Shown here in pieces: positions 53,800 to 64,000 of a stretch of DNA of 64,000 nt. The stretch's first letter is position 1. Each line of letters starts with the position of its first letter. The stretch spans positions 896,001 to 960,000 of the forward strand of contig JBGPIA010000001.1 of the NCBI GenBank assembly GCA_041484665.1, written 5' to 3'. A program made the position numbers and the translations under genes. Below the pieces are notes generated by a model, which had not been told where the DNA came from, did not search any database, and was given only the letters and a program-made list of their open reading frames with translations. The stretch is from Candidatus Krumholzibacteriia bacterium (GTDB taxonomy: Bacteria; Krumholzibacteriota; Krumholzibacteriia; JAJRXK01).

Positions 53800-54827
53800 C
53801 ACGCTGCGCGCGTCACATCCTGTTCGCGGCCGCGCTGGCTGCATTCTTCGCCGGTTGCGGTCGCGGGGCCGCGACAAAGCAAACCGCAGGGGAGCAGACC
53901 AACTCGCTACCGGGCGCAGAGGATGCGCACGCAGCGGAGCCCGTGGTGAGAGTCCGCACCCGGTTTCTCGAGGTGCGGCAGTTCGAGGACGTGGTGACCG
54001 TCCCCGGCCAGTGGCATTCGGCCGGCGACTTGGTCATCACAGCTCCGTTCGCGGCCTGGGTGGAATCCCTGGCCGTGGGGGTGGGAGATCTCGTCGAGCC
54101 TGGCCGAACACTCGGCTGGCTCGAGACGCGCGAGTCCGCTTCCGCGCTGGCCGGCGCCCGCCTGCTGATTCGGGAGGCGCGCGACGACGCTGCCTCGACT
54201 GAGGCGCAGCGCGCGCTGGAGCTGGCGCTGCGGGGCCGCGTGCGCGTTCCATTGACGGCGGCCGTGCGCGGAGTCGTGGTGCAGCGGTTGGTGCCGCCGG
54301 GCAGCCAAGTGGCCGAGTCGGCGGAGATCCTGCGCGTGGTGCCCGAGGACGCGGTCGTGTTCGAAGCGCGCGTGCCGGCCTCGATCGCCCCGCGCCTCCG
54401 GCCAGGGCAGTCCGCTCGGATCGACGAGGAAGGCCAGGCGGTGCGCAAAGCGGTCCTGCGTCGGGTGCTGCCGGTCACCGATGCCCAAGATCAGACGGTG
54501 CTCGCCTGGCTGGCGGCCGATGCGGGCGGCGCCGGGACGAACCGGCCGCGGCTGGACCATTTCGGCGCTGCCGTCATCCGTTTGGGTCCGACCCGCATGG
54601 CGCTGGCGGTGCCCGATTCGGCAATCTTCGAGGACGACCTGACCGGACAAAAGCGCGTGGCCGTCGTATCCGGTGATCGCGCTGCGTGGACGCCGGTGAC
54701 CCTGGGAACGGGCGCCGCGGGCTGGCACGAGGTGGTGGTCGCGCCAGGGCTCGCGGCGGGGCAGCGCGTGATCGTCGAGGGCCAGCACGGCCTGCCTGAC
54801 AGCACCCGCGTCCGGGTGGCTTCGTGA
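53796..54827 (+). CDS. RND periplasmic adaptor subunit (lipoprotein)
   Basis: Lipobox FAGC; barrel-sandwich motifs; GLAAGQRVIVEG. Confidence 0.87.
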   Translation: MTRCARHILFAAALAAFFAGCGRGAATKQTAGEQTNSLPGAEDAHAAEPVVRVRTRFLEVRQFEDVVTVPGQWHSAGDLVITAPFAAWVESLAVGVGDLVEPGRTLGWLETRESASALAGARLLIREARDDAASTEAQRALELALRGRVRVPLTAAVRGVVVQRLVPPGSQVAESAEILRVVPEDAVVFEARVPASIAPRLRPGQSARIDEEGQAVRKAVLRRVLPVTDAQDQTVLAWLAADAGGAGTNRPRLDHFGAAVIRLGPTRMALAVPDSAIFEDDLTGQKRVAVVSGDRAAWTPVTLGTGAAGWHEVVVAPGLAAGQRVIVEGQHGLPDSTRVRVAS

Positions 54828-57800
54828 AAGCATTCTTCGAGTTCGTGCTCCGGCAGTGGCGTGCCGTCTCTTTCGCTTGCGTGGCGATGACGGCGCTAGG
54901 CCTGGCGATCGGGTTGCAGCTGCCGGCGGCCATCCTGCCCGACGTCACCTTCCCCCGCATCACGGTGATCGCCGACAGCGGTGAGCGCCCGGGTGAGGAG
55001 ATGCTGCGCGCGGTCACGCGCCCCCTCGAGGTATCGATCCGGCGGGTGCCAGGGGTGAAAGAGATGCGCTCCAAAACCAGCCGTGGATCGACCGAGATCA
55101 ATCTCGATTGCGAATGGAGCTCGGACATGGACCTGACGCTGCAGCGCGTGCAGGCCCAGATCGACGCGACCCGCTCAGCGCTGCCGTCCGGGACGAGCGT
55201 GGAGGCGCGTCTGATGAACCCCACGTTGTTTCCGGTGCTCGGCTACTCGCTGACCTCCGACACCCGTAGCCTGGCACAGCTGCGCGATCTCGCCGAGCTG
55301 GTCCTGAAGCCCGAGTTGGGCCGACTGCCCGGAGCGGCGGAGGTGGTCGTGCAGGGCGGACGTCGGCTGGAGGCACGCGTGACGCTCGACCCCACCGCCC
55401 TCGAGGCCCGGGGGCTGCGAGCGCAGGATGTGGCCGAGACACTGCAGCGCGCCACCGAGCTCCGGTCCGTGGGTCTGGTGGACGCCAACCGTGAGCTGTA
55501 CCTGGGGCTGGTCGATGCCCGTCCCCCAGGCCTTGCAGCGCTGGCAGAGATCTCCGTCGCGGTGCGTGGTGGGCAGCCCGTGCCGCTCGCCCAACTCGGA
55601 CACATCTCGCTGGAGGAGGCGCCCGAGTTCGTGCGCTATGCGGCACGGTCGCGCGAGGCGGTGTTGCTCAATGTGATGCGCCGGCCGTCCGCCAGCACGC
55701 TCGGCCTGGCACGCGCCGTCCATGGATGGCTCGCCGTCCATCGCAAGCTGATCCCCGCCGACGTCCAGATCGAAGCGTTCTACGACCAGTCGGACCTGGT
55801 GCGCAGCTCCGTGGGCAGCGTGCGCGACAGCCTGCTGGTAGGGGCTCTGCTGGCGGTCGTGGTGGTCATGCTCTTCCTGCGCAGCCCGCGCTTGGGACTG
55901 GCCGGCGCGATCGTGCTCCCGGGCAGCGTGGCGCTGACGCTGCTGGGACTGTGGCTCACGCATCAGTCGCTCAACATGATGACCCTGGGGGGCATGGCGG
56001 CAGCGGTCGGCCTGGTCCTGGACGATGCGATAGTCGTCGTCGAGCACGTGGCGCACCGGGCCGCTGCGCGCGCAACGCAGCACGGACAGCCCTCGTCCGC
56101 GCAGGGGCACGCAGAGGCAATGCGGGAGATCCTGCTGCCCCTGCTCGGCTCGAGCCTGTGCACCATCGCCATCTTCGTGCCGTTCATCCTGCTGGGCGGA
56201 GTAGCCGGCGCGTTCTTCAAAGTACTGGCACTCACCATGACGCTGATGCTGTGCAGTTCTTTCGTCCTGTGTATCACCTTCGTGCCGTTGGTCAGCAGGG
56301 TGCGTCCCGCAGCGCGCCGCCCCTCGCGCGGCGACGGCGCGCTGGGGCGCGTCCTGGAGTTCTCCGTGCGCCATGGCTGGGCCGGTCTGCTGGCCGCCGC
56401 CCTGCTCGTGGCCGCGGCCATACCGCTGCGCGCGAGTCTGGGCAGCGGCTTCCTGCCCGAAATGGACGAAGGGTCGCTGATCATCGACTACGTCTCGCCG
56501 CCGGGCACTTCGCTGGTCGAGACGGATCGCATCCTCAGGGAGGTGGAACGTGAGATCACGGCTACCCCCGAGATCGAGGCCTGGTCCCGCCGCACCGGCG
56601 ATCAGCTCGGCTTCTTCATCACCGAGCCCAACGGTGGCGACTACGTGTTGAAGCTCCGGCAGCGACGCCGGCGCTCAGCGGAGGAAGTGGCCGACGATCT
56701 GCGCCAGCGGATTGAGGCTTCGCAGCCGTCGCTGCAGATCGAGTTCGGCCAGCTGGTGGAAGACGTGATCGGTGACCTGACTTCCAACCCCCAGCCGATC
56801 GAGGTCCGGGTGTTCGGCGAGGACCGGCCCCTGAGCGAGAGCTTCGCGCAACGGGTTGCACAGATCCTGGACCAAGTGCCAGGCGTGGTGGATGTCCGCA
56901 GCGGTGTCGTGGTCAGCGGCCCCAACGTCGCGATCGTCCCCGGCTCTACAGCGATACGGCTGGGTCTGGACGCCCCCGCGCTGGCGGACGGCGTATTGCC
57001 CGCGGTGGCAGGACTGGACGCAGGGCAGATCCTGCGCGGGGCGCGTGTGTGGCCCATCCGCATCGTTCTTCCGCCGGGCGGCAAGGTCACAGCGGCGCAG
57101 GACTTGGGGCAGCTCCGGCTGCCGGCTGCTCCGGGCCGATGGCTGCCGTTGGCGGGCCTGGCAGAAGTGCGCGTGGAGCCGGGGCAGACCGAGATCGCTC
57201 GCGACGACCAGCGGACCATGGTGTCCGTGACCGCGCGGCTCTCCCACCGTGATCTGGGCTCGGCCATGAGCGAGATCCAGGCGCGTCTCGACCACGGGTT
57301 GGCCCTGCCGCTAGACATGAGTCTCCACTATGGGGGGTTGTTTGAGGAGCAGCAGGCGTCCTTTCGGGGGCTGGCTTCCGTCTTGGCCGGCGCCACGGCC
57401 GCGGTGCTTCTGATCCTGTTGGTCAGCTTCCGGTCGTGGCGCCAGACGCTGGGAGTGTTGCTGGTCGTGGCCGCCTCGCTGGCCGGCGTCCTGGGCGCCC
57501 TGCACGTGGCGGGCGCGACCTTCAACATCTCGAGTTTCGTCGGCGCCATCATGATGGTGGGCATCGTGTCCGAGAACGCCTACTTCCTGGTAATCAGCTA
57601 TCGCGAGTCCGTGGCCCAGGGGGCCACGGCGGTGGAAGCGGCCTCGGCTGCCGCGCGGCGCCGCACCCGGCCGGTGCTCATGACCATCGCAGCGGGGATC
57701 GGCGCGCTCGGACCGCTGGCGGTGGGTCTGGGCGCCGGTAGCGCGCTGCTGAAGCCGTTGGCCGTCGCCGTCATTGGAGGGTTCCTCGTGTCCGGCCCGC

Positions 57801-57889
57801 TGATCTTGGTGGTCCTGCCGTCGCTGCTGGCCGGCGCCCGTGGCGGACGTCTCGGGGCGGTAGGCGCCGCGGGCCCTAACGCCGGGTGA
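54824..57889 (+). CDS. RND efflux permease (AcrB/CzcA family)
   Basis: 1021 aa; LNMMTLGG, GLVLDDAIVVVE, FLPEMDEG, RTRPVLMT, PLAVAVIGG. Confidence 0.93.
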   Translation: MKAFFEFVLRQWRAVSFACVAMTALGLAIGLQLPAAILPDVTFPRITVIADSGERPGEEMLRAVTRPLEVSIRRVPGVKEMRSKTSRGSTEINLDCEWSSDMDLTLQRVQAQIDATRSALPSGTSVEARLMNPTLFPVLGYSLTSDTRSLAQLRDLAELVLKPELGRLPGAAEVVVQGGRRLEARVTLDPTALEARGLRAQDVAETLQRATELRSVGLVDANRELYLGLVDARPPGLAALAEISVAVRGGQPVPLAQLGHISLEEAPEFVRYAARSREAVLLNVMRRPSASTLGLARAVHGWLAVHRKLIPADVQIEAFYDQSDLVRSSVGSVRDSLLVGALLAVVVVMLFLRSPRLGLAGAIVLPGSVALTLLGLWLTHQSLNMMTLGGMAAAVGLVLDDAIVVVEHVAHRAAARATQHGQPSSAQGHAEAMREILLPLLGSSLCTIAIFVPFILLGGVAGAFFKVLALTMTLMLCSSFVLCITFVPLVSRVRPAARRPSRGDGALGRVLEFSVRHGWAGLLAAALLVAAAIPLRASLGSGFLPEMDEGSLIIDYVSPPGTSLVETDRILREVEREITATPEIEAWSRRTGDQLGFFITEPNGGDYVLKLRQRRRRSAEEVADDLRQRIEASQPSLQIEFGQLVEDVIGDLTSNPQPIEVRVFGEDRPLSESFAQRVAQILDQVPGVVDVRSGVVVSGPNVAIVPGSTAIRLGLDAPALADGVLPAVAGLDAGQILRGARVWPIRIVLPPGGKVTAAQDLGQLRLPAAPGRWLPLAGLAEVRVEPGQTEIARDDQRTMVSVTARLSHRDLGSAMSEIQARLDHGLALPLDMSLHYGGLFEEQQASFRGLASVLAGATAAVLLILLVSFRSWRQTLGVLLVVAASLAGVLGALHVAGATFNISSFVGAIMMVGIVSENAYFLVISYRESVAQGATAVEAASAAARRRTRPVLMTIAAGIGALGPLAVGLGAGSALLKPLAVAVIGGFLVSGPLILVVLPSLLAGARGGRLGAVGAAGPNAG

Positions 57890-58083
57890 ACGGGCCCGGC
57901 GAACAGGTATCTGCACCAGACGTGTGTGGTTGGGCTGCGGTTCGTCCATCCCACACTCGCCCCGCTGGGATGGCGGAGCGGTCGACCGCGACCACGCCTC
58001 ATGCACTCGTGCTTCGGGCGGTCGAGAGCTTCTGGACCAAGGCCGAGCAGGTCGTCACCACCATCGAGGACGCAGCTGGCGCC

Positions 58084-58524
58084 TCACTCCTCTTCGAGCA
58101 GGGTTCCGTCCTCTGAAAAAGTCGCTTCCTTTTTCGCCTTGCCCAGCCGGAACGCCATCTCGTAGGAGACCTTCCCGTTCGCGGCGGTTTGCTTCACTGC
58201 GCGCGTCGCCTGCGCTTTGGGAAACCTTGTTTCGAGCCCCTGCATGACCGCGGGCGGAACGGCGTCGAGCGCCACCGTCTCCTCCGTCTGCAGGAGGCTT
58301 CCTTGCGGTGTGACGTCGAGCTCGAGCGATTTTCCAGCGCTGGTCTTGATGAGCGCTTCGTATACGACTTTCCCGTCTTCCTTCGTTCGCGCGCAGCGGA
58401 CGATCTTCGATTCGGGGTAGGCTTTGGCAATCGCCGCCTTCACCGGCGCCGGGCACGCGGAACCGACGGACGGCGAGACGACGTATGCCGCCATAACAGC
58501 GACTACGATCCAGATGCTTCGCAT
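58084..58524 (-). CDS. PepSY-like/BLIP-like periplasmic protein
   Basis: Signal peptide; two repeats of PAPVKAAIAKAYP...YE / PPAVMQGLETRFP...YE. Confidence 0.78.
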   Translation of the reverse strand: MRSIWIVVAVMAAYVVSPSVGSACPAPVKAAIAKAYPESKIVRCARTKEDGKVVYEALIKTSAGKSLELDVTPQGSLLQTEETVALDAVPPAVMQGLETRFPKAQATRAVKQTAANGKVSYEMAFRLGKAKKEATFSEDGTLLEEE

Positions 58525-58554
58525 GCTTCTCTCCCCTCGTGATGGATCCGCAGA

Positions 58555-59343
58555 TCAGAACTCGAAGGTCTGCCCCACCCGGAGCTGCGCGGCCTGATTG
58601 TTGTCGTAGCTGAGGGAGCCGTACACGAGCAGGCTCCTGCCGATCTGCCGCCCCACGCCGGCCATTCCGACCAGCTCTCCGCCCGCTGCCTCGGGCGCCA
58701 CGGTGCCTGTACTCGGAGTATCCGGCCCCTCGCTGCTGGCGGTGGAGGACGTGTTTCCCAGCACTTCCGCGAAGAGCTGGTAGCGCGAATTGGCACGATA
58801 GATCCCGGCGACGGCGCAGCTGTAGATGTTCTCCAGGCTGATGCCCGTGGGCTGACCGACGACAGTGTAGGCCAGGTTCGCGTGGACTTCGAGCCTTCCG
58901 AACGTCTTGCTGGCGATCAGGTAGCCCGCGTAGTCGGTCCGCCCGGTACCGATCAACGCATCCCGAGCCATGGTGAGTTTCACCTCACCGGCCAGCGCGA
59001 GTGCCGGGAACGATTGGCTCTCCTGTCGGAAGCGGTACGTCAGCGTCGTCTCGAAGTCGCCGGCTCCGGTCGCGTGCCGGCCTGCCTTGGGCCGGATCGC
59101 GGTATAGGCGACCGGTTCCAGCAAGAGCTCGAGCTGGCTCGTGACGCCATACTCGATTGCGACGGGAACGGCCATCTCGGTGCCTTCCGACGATGCCTGG
59201 ATCTCGCACGCGCTTCCGGCCTTCCACTGGCCTATCTGCTGGAGGTAGGCCGTTTCGGTCTCGAGCGTCTGCGCATTGCACTGGCCGATCGCCACGAGAG
59301 ACAGAAGCAGGGATGTCACGACGGCGGACGCGGTCCTGATCAT
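58555..59343 (-). CDS. putative outer-membrane beta-barrel (phenol MetA-pathway-like transporter)
   Basis: Signal peptide, EYGVT..LEL, GAGD, IGTGRTD, C-terminal Phe. Confidence 0.72.
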   Translation of the reverse strand: MIRTASAVVTSLLLSLVAIGQCNAQTLETETAYLQQIGQWKAGSACEIQASSEGTEMAVPVAIEYGVTSQLELLLEPVAYTAIRPKAGRHATGAGDFETTLTYRFRQESQSFPALALAGEVKLTMARDALIGTGRTDYAGYLIASKTFGRLEVHANLAYTVVGQPTGISLENIYSCAVAGIYRANSRYQLFAEVLGNTSSTASSEGPDTPSTGTVAPEAAGGELVGMAGVGRQIGRSLLVYGSLSYDNNQAAQLRVGQTFEF

Positions 59344-59517
59344 GGTGTCCTCCCCCCTGCAGAGCGAGCGCGGGCGCGGCACGCTCGCCCGAATCCGGGA
59401 CGGCGGTCAAGCGCTCCGCCGAATCGGCGCCGCGCCGTCACGCCCACACCGCGGCGAGCCCGTGCAAAGTACGGTGCGGGTCGGCCCGACACAAACTGCG
59501 CCGGGCCCCCCCCCACG

Positions 59518-61005
59518 CTACCCAGCCCGCAGGTGGCTGCGGCGATAGCCATAGAAGAAGTAGATCACCATCCCCACCACGAGCCACAGCCCAAACCGCA
59601 CCCAGGTCACCCAGGGCAGCCCCGTCATCAGGTAGATGCACGAAGCGATCCCCAGGAGCGGGATGAGCGGGACCAGCGGCGTCTTGAAGCTTCGCGGCCG
59701 GTCTGGATCCCGCTTGCGCAGGATCAGGATACCGGCGCAGACCAGAGTGAATGCGAAGAGCGTTCCGATGTTGGTCAGGTCGACCATCTCATCGATGCTG
59801 GTGAACATCGAGCAGACGCCGACAGCGACCCCGGTGAAGATGGTCGTGACGTGCGGCGTGCGGAAGCGCGGGTGCACCCGGGCGAAGCTCTGCGGCAACA
59901 GGCCGTCGCGCGCCATCGAGAAGAAGATCCGCGGCTGGCCGAGCTGGAACACCAGCAGCACCGCTGTGTGCGCCACAACCGATCCAAAGGCCACGATCCC
60001 CACGAACAGCGAGCCCCAGCGTTTGATGTCGGCATACTGCAGCGCCATGGTGAGCGGCTCGGCCTGCTCGGTGGCGAGCTTCTTCACCAGGTCGTGGTAC
60101 GGGATGATGCCGGTGAAGACGGCCGCGACCACGATGTAGACGACCGTGCACACGATCAAGGAGCCGATGATGCCGATGGGCAGGTTGCGCTTGGGATTGC
60201 GCGTCTCCTCCGCCACGGTCGAGACGGCGTCGAACCCGATGTAGGCGAAGAAGACGATGGCGGCCCCGGCCCGGACTCCCGCCCAGCCGTTGGGCGCAAA
60301 CGGGTGCCAGTTCTCCGGCTTGACGTACTTCGTGCCCACGACCACGAAGAACCCCAGCACGATCAGCTTGAGCACTACCATCCCGGAGTTGATGGAGGCG
60401 CTCTGGCGGATGCCGATCACCAGGACGATCGTGATCGCCGCAACGATGGCGAATGCGAGGATGTTGAAGACGATGGGGATGCCGAAGATGTGGGGCGCAC
60501 TCTCCAACAGGCCAGGAATGTGCGCTGCCGTCCGATAGTCGGTGGAGATCCACGCCGGGATGTGGATGCCGAAGCCGGCGACGAGCGTCTTGAAGTAATT
60601 GCCCCAGCTGATCGCGACCGCGACGTTGCCGACCGCGTACTCGATGATCAGGTCCCAGCCGATGATCCACGCCACGAGCTCGCCCAGCGTGGCGTAGGAG
60701 TAGGTGTAGGCGCTGCCGGAGATGGGCACCATGGCTGCGAACTCGGCGTAGCAGAGCGCAGCGAATCCGCAGGCGATGCCGGTGACGACGAAGGAGAGGA
60801 TCAGCGCCGGCCCCGCGCCCGGACGGGCGGCGTCGCCTGCGGTGGCAGTGCCGATGGTGGCGAAGATCCCCGCGCCAATAATGGCGCCGATCCCCAGCAT
60901 GACCACGTCGAACGAGCCGAGCGCGCGCTTGAGTTGATGCGCAGGCGTCTCCCCCTCGTGAAGGAGCGCATCGAGACTCTTGGTGCGGAACAGGCGTGAG
61001 AGCAT
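59518..61005 (-). CDS. APC family amino acid permease (cationic amino acid transporter-like)
   Basis: GIGAIIGAGIF, YAEFAAMVPISGSAYTY, FFAYIGFDAVST, MARDGLLP. Confidence 0.93.
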   Translation of the reverse strand: MLSRLFRTKSLDALLHEGETPAHQLKRALGSFDVVMLGIGAIIGAGIFATIGTATAGDAARPGAGPALILSFVVTGIACGFAALCYAEFAAMVPISGSAYTYSYATLGELVAWIIGWDLIIEYAVGNVAVAISWGNYFKTLVAGFGIHIPAWISTDYRTAAHIPGLLESAPHIFGIPIVFNILAFAIVAAITIVLVIGIRQSASINSGMVVLKLIVLGFFVVVGTKYVKPENWHPFAPNGWAGVRAGAAIVFFAYIGFDAVSTVAEETRNPKRNLPIGIIGSLIVCTVVYIVVAAVFTGIIPYHDLVKKLATEQAEPLTMALQYADIKRWGSLFVGIVAFGSVVAHTAVLLVFQLGQPRIFFSMARDGLLPQSFARVHPRFRTPHVTTIFTGVAVGVCSMFTSIDEMVDLTNIGTLFAFTLVCAGILILRKRDPDRPRSFKTPLVPLIPLLGIASCIYLMTGLPWVTWVRFGLWLVVGMVIYFFYGYRRSHLRAG

Positions 61006-61207
61006 GCAGCCTCGCGGGGTCGGGCCTCCAGCAGACTTGGCGCAACCGCAGGCACCGTCAAGGGAAAACTGGCTGATTTCCGCCGTCGGGGCCGCCGTTG
61101 CCGGCGCCGCTGCTGCCGCCCCAACTTCCCCCGCCGCAGAGGCAGGACTTCCTGTCTGGGCGCTGTCGCGGGTGTTATCTTTGGGACAATCCCGTCAGGA
61201 GCCCCCC

Positions 61208-61567
61208 ATGCACGAGCTGTCGATCGCCTGGAACATCCTGGAGATCGTCCGGCAGCACGCTCCGGACGGACACGGCACGGATGTCCGGGCGGTGCGCGTG
61301 CGGATCGGCCCGCTGGCGGGCGTGGTCCCCGAATCGCTGGAGTTCTGCTTCCAGGCCCTCGTCCGGGAGACCCCTCTCCAGCACGCCGTCCTGCAGATCG
61401 ACCGGATTGCGATCCGGTACCACTGCCAGGACTGCGGCACGACCGGCGAGCTGCAGGAGCCCGAATTCCGCTGCCCGGCGTGCGCTGGAGCGATCCGCCT
61501 GTCGGGCGGAGATGAGTTGCAGGTGGTGGAGATCGAGCTGGCCGACTCGGCCGCGGAGGTGCCATGA
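61208..61567 (+). CDS. hypA: hydrogenase maturation nickel metallochaperone
   Basis: MHELSIA, two CxxC motifs, GDELQV; RBS AGGAG. Confidence 0.93.
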   Translation: MHELSIAWNILEIVRQHAPDGHGTDVRAVRVRIGPLAGVVPESLEFCFQALVRETPLQHAVLQIDRIAIRYHCQDCGTTGELQEPEFRCPACAGAIRLSGGDELQVVEIELADSAAEVP

Positions 61568-62220
61568 GCCACATCACCATCGAGCGCAAGGTGCTGGAGC
61601 GCAACGACGAGCTGGCGCGCCGCAACCGCGAGCTGCTGGCCCACCACGGCATCTTCGCCATCAACATGGTCAGCTCGCCCGGCGCGGGAAAGACCTGCAT
61701 CCTCGAGCGTACGCTCGAGCATCTCGAGGGCCAGCTCTCAGTGCGCGTGATCGAGGGGGACGTACAGACCGACCTCGACGCCCAGCGCGTCTCCCGTTAC
61801 AACGTCCCCGTCGTCCAGATCGTCACCAACGGGGCATGCCACCTCGAGGCCAAGCTCGTACAGGACGCCTTGGCGCAACTGGAGCTGGCGCACACCGACC
61901 TGCTCATCATCGAAAACGTGGGCAACCTCGTCTGCCCGGCGAGCTTCGATCTGGGCGAGCACTTAAAGGTGGTCGTCGTCAGCACGACGGAGGGTGACGA
62001 CAAGCCTCTGAAGTACCCGGCGATGTTCCGCAACGCCTCCGTCCTCATCATCAACAAGACGGACCTGCTCCCTTACGTGAACTGCGATCTGCAGGCGCTG
62101 CGCCGCAACGCCCTGCAGATCAATCCAGCGCTGCGCGTATTCGAGACGTCGTGCACGACGCAGGCGGGCATCCCGCAGTGGTGCGCCTGGCTGCGGGAGC
62201 AGGTCTTGGCACGGACGTGA
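61564..62220 (+). CDS. hypB: hydrogenase nickel incorporation GTPase
   Basis: SSPGAGKT, GACHL, ENVGNLVCPA, EGDDKPLKYP, NKTD. Confidence 0.95.
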   Translation: MSHITIERKVLERNDELARRNRELLAHHGIFAINMVSSPGAGKTCILERTLEHLEGQLSVRVIEGDVQTDLDAQRVSRYNVPVVQIVTNGACHLEAKLVQDALAQLELAHTDLLIIENVGNLVCPASFDLGEHLKVVVVSTTEGDDKPLKYPAMFRNASVLIINKTDLLPYVNCDLQALRRNALQINPALRVFETSCTTQAGIPQWCAWLREQVLART

Positions 62221-64000
62221 TCCAGCGGATCCGCATCGCGGTGCGCGGCGCCGTCCAGGGCGTCGGCTTCCGGCCGTTCGTCTACCGGCTGGCCACGGAG
62301 CTGCGCCTGAACGGCTGGGTGCTCAACTCGTCGCAGGGCGTCTTCATCGAAGCCGAGGGGGAGCCGCAGACGCTGCGAACGTTCCTGCTGCGCCTGCAGG
62401 CCGAGACGCCGCCCCGCTCGTTCCTGCAGAGCGTGGAGTCCTCGTTCCTCGACCCGGTCCTGTACCGGGGCTTCGAGATCCGGCCCAGCGAGCCCGGTGG
62501 CGTGCCGCGCGCCCTGGTGCTACCTGACATCGCTACCTGCCCCGCCTGTCTGACGGAGATCTTCGATCCGCGCGACCGGCGCCACCTCTATCCCTTCACG
62601 AACTGCACCCACTGCGGTCCGCGTTACAGCATCCTCGAGGCGCTTCCCTACGACCGCGCCAACACGTCCATGCGCGCATTTGCCATGTGCACGGCGTGCC
62701 GCACGGAATACGAGAACCCAGTCGACCGCCGCTTCCACGCCCAGCCCAACGCCTGTCCGGAGTGCGGACCGAGCCTGCAGCTCTGGGATGCGCAGGGCGG
62801 TGTGCTGGCAGCCCGCCACGACGCCTTGCGCGCCGCTGCCGATGCGCTGCGCGCGGGGCAGGTGGTCGCCGTAAAGGGGCTGGGCGGCTTCCATCTGATG
62901 GTGGACGCCCGCGATGAGAGCGCCGTGCTGCGGTTGCGCGAGCGCAAACATCGCGAGGAGAAGCCGCTCGCCGTGATGTTCCCGGCGCTTGAGGCGGCCG
63001 CTGCAGCGTGCGAAGTCTCGCCGCTGGAGGAGCGCCTGCTGACCGCGCCGGAGTCGCCGATCGTCCTGCTGCGGCGCCGCGCAGCCCCACGCGTGGGTGT
63101 GCCGGCGACCGACCCTGTGATCGCCCCCGCGGTCGCGCCGCGCAATCCCTATCTGGGCGGGCTGCTGCCCTACACGCCCTTGCACCACATCCTGATGCGC
63201 GAGCTCGGCTTCCCGGTCGTGGCGACCAGCGGCAATCGCGCCGAGGAGCCCATCTGCATCAACGAGGGTGAGGCCGTGGAGCGCCTGCGCGGGATCGCAG
63301 ACCTCTTCCTGGTGCACGATCGGCCCATCGTACGCCACGTGGACGACTCAATCGCCCGCGTGATCCTGGATCGCGAGCTGGTCCTGCGCCGCGCGCGCGG
63401 CTATGCGCCTCTGCCCGTGCCGCTGGGTTGCGCCACGCCGCCGCTGCTGGCGGTGGGCGGACAACTCAAGAACACCGTAGCGCTGACTGTGGACGGGAGC
63501 GCCTTCATCAGCCAGCACATTGGCGACCTGGAGAATCGCGAGGCGATCGATGCGTTCCGGCGCGTCGTCGCGGATCTGTGCCGGCTCTACGCCGTGCAAC
63601 CGCAGCGGGTCGCGGCCGACGCGCATCCCGACTACGTCTCGACGCGCAACGCGCTGCGGCTGGGGCTGCCCGTGACGTTCGTGCAGCATCACTACGCGCA
63701 CGTGGCCGCGTGCATGGCCGAGAACGAGCTGGACGGAGCCGTTCTGGGCGTGTCGTGGGACGGCACCGGCTATGGATTGGACGGCACGATCTGGGGGGGC
63801 GAGTTCCTGCGCACCGACGATGTCTCGTTCGCGCGCGTCGCAGCGCTGCGCGCCTTCCGGCTGCCGGGCAGTGTCCAGGCCGTCAAGGAGCCGCGGCGTG
63901 CCGCGCTGGGTCTCCTCTTTGAGCTGTTCGGCGCGCAGCTCCTGCGAGCCCCGGCGCTCGCCCGCCTGCCGACGCTGCGCGCATTCGCTGATCGACAGCG
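62217..64000 (+). CDS. hypF: carbamoyltransferase HypF, runs off the right edge (absent from the ORF track)
   Basis: GTG 62217; GAVQGVGFRPFVY, YPFTNCTHCGPR, RRFHAQP, KGLGGFHL, VATSGN, SQHIGDL, VQHHYAH, DGTGYG. Confidence 0.95.
   Translation, partial: MIQRIRIAVRGAVQGVGFRPFVYRLATELRLNGWVLNSSQGVFIEAEGEPQTLRTFLLRLQAETPPRSFLQSVESSFLDPVLYRGFEIRPSEPGGVPRALVLPDIATCPACLTEIFDPRDRRHLYPFTNCTHCGPRYSILEALPYDRANTSMRAFAMCTACRTEYENPVDRRFHAQPNACPECGPSLQLWDAQGGVLAARHDALRAAADALRAGQVVAVKGLGGFHLMVDARDESAVLRLRERKHREEKPLAVMFPALEAAAAACEVSPLEERLLTAPESPIVLLRRRAAPRVGVPATDPVIAPAVAPRNPYLGGLLPYTPLHHILMRELGFPVVATSGNRAEEPICINEGEAVERLRGIADLFLVHDRPIVRHVDDSIARVILDRELVLRRARGYAPLPVPLGCATPPLLAVGGQLKNTVALTVDGSAFISQHIGDLENREAIDAFRRVVADLCRLYAVQPQRVAADAHPDYVSTRNALRLGLPVTFVQHHYAHVAACMAENELDGAVLGVSWDGTGYGLDGTIWGGEFLRTDDVSFARVAALRAFRLPGSVQAVKEPRRAALGLLFELFGAQLLRAPALARLPTLRAFADRQ

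Overview
GC-rich bacterial chromosome segment. FlgD-Ig C-terminal domains and a C-terminal 'STFGQVKALY' tail suggest, by inference, an FCB-related uncultured lineage such as Ca. Eisenbacteria or Krumholzibacteria. The best signal is a gene the ORF track splits in two: a secreted thioredoxin-fold + TPR protein (4166-5539, minus) with an in-frame TGA at the first Cys of its redox motif (W-U-H-T-C), followed at once by a long hairpin, so a probable selenoprotein. It is divergent from ygfK-ygeW-ygeY, and a second block (Se-dependent Xdh-type, ssnA, two PLP enzymes) lies about 13.5 kb away. Together these look like a variant anaerobic purine/urate degradation system with a YgfK lacking its FAD/NAD(P)H module and no canonical ygeX in the window. 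Also present: a translationally coupled VIT-vWA / ECF sigma / small-protein operon, aromatic amino acid genes, several secreted proteins (one behind a consensus sigma-54 promoter), a decayed mobile region (IS3 remnant, serine-recombinase element, IS91-like fragment) among MacAB, two-component and RND envelope genes, and hypA-hypB-hypF (partial). No rRNA, tRNA or CRISPR array was recognised. All family calls come from motif recognition by eye; no searches were run.
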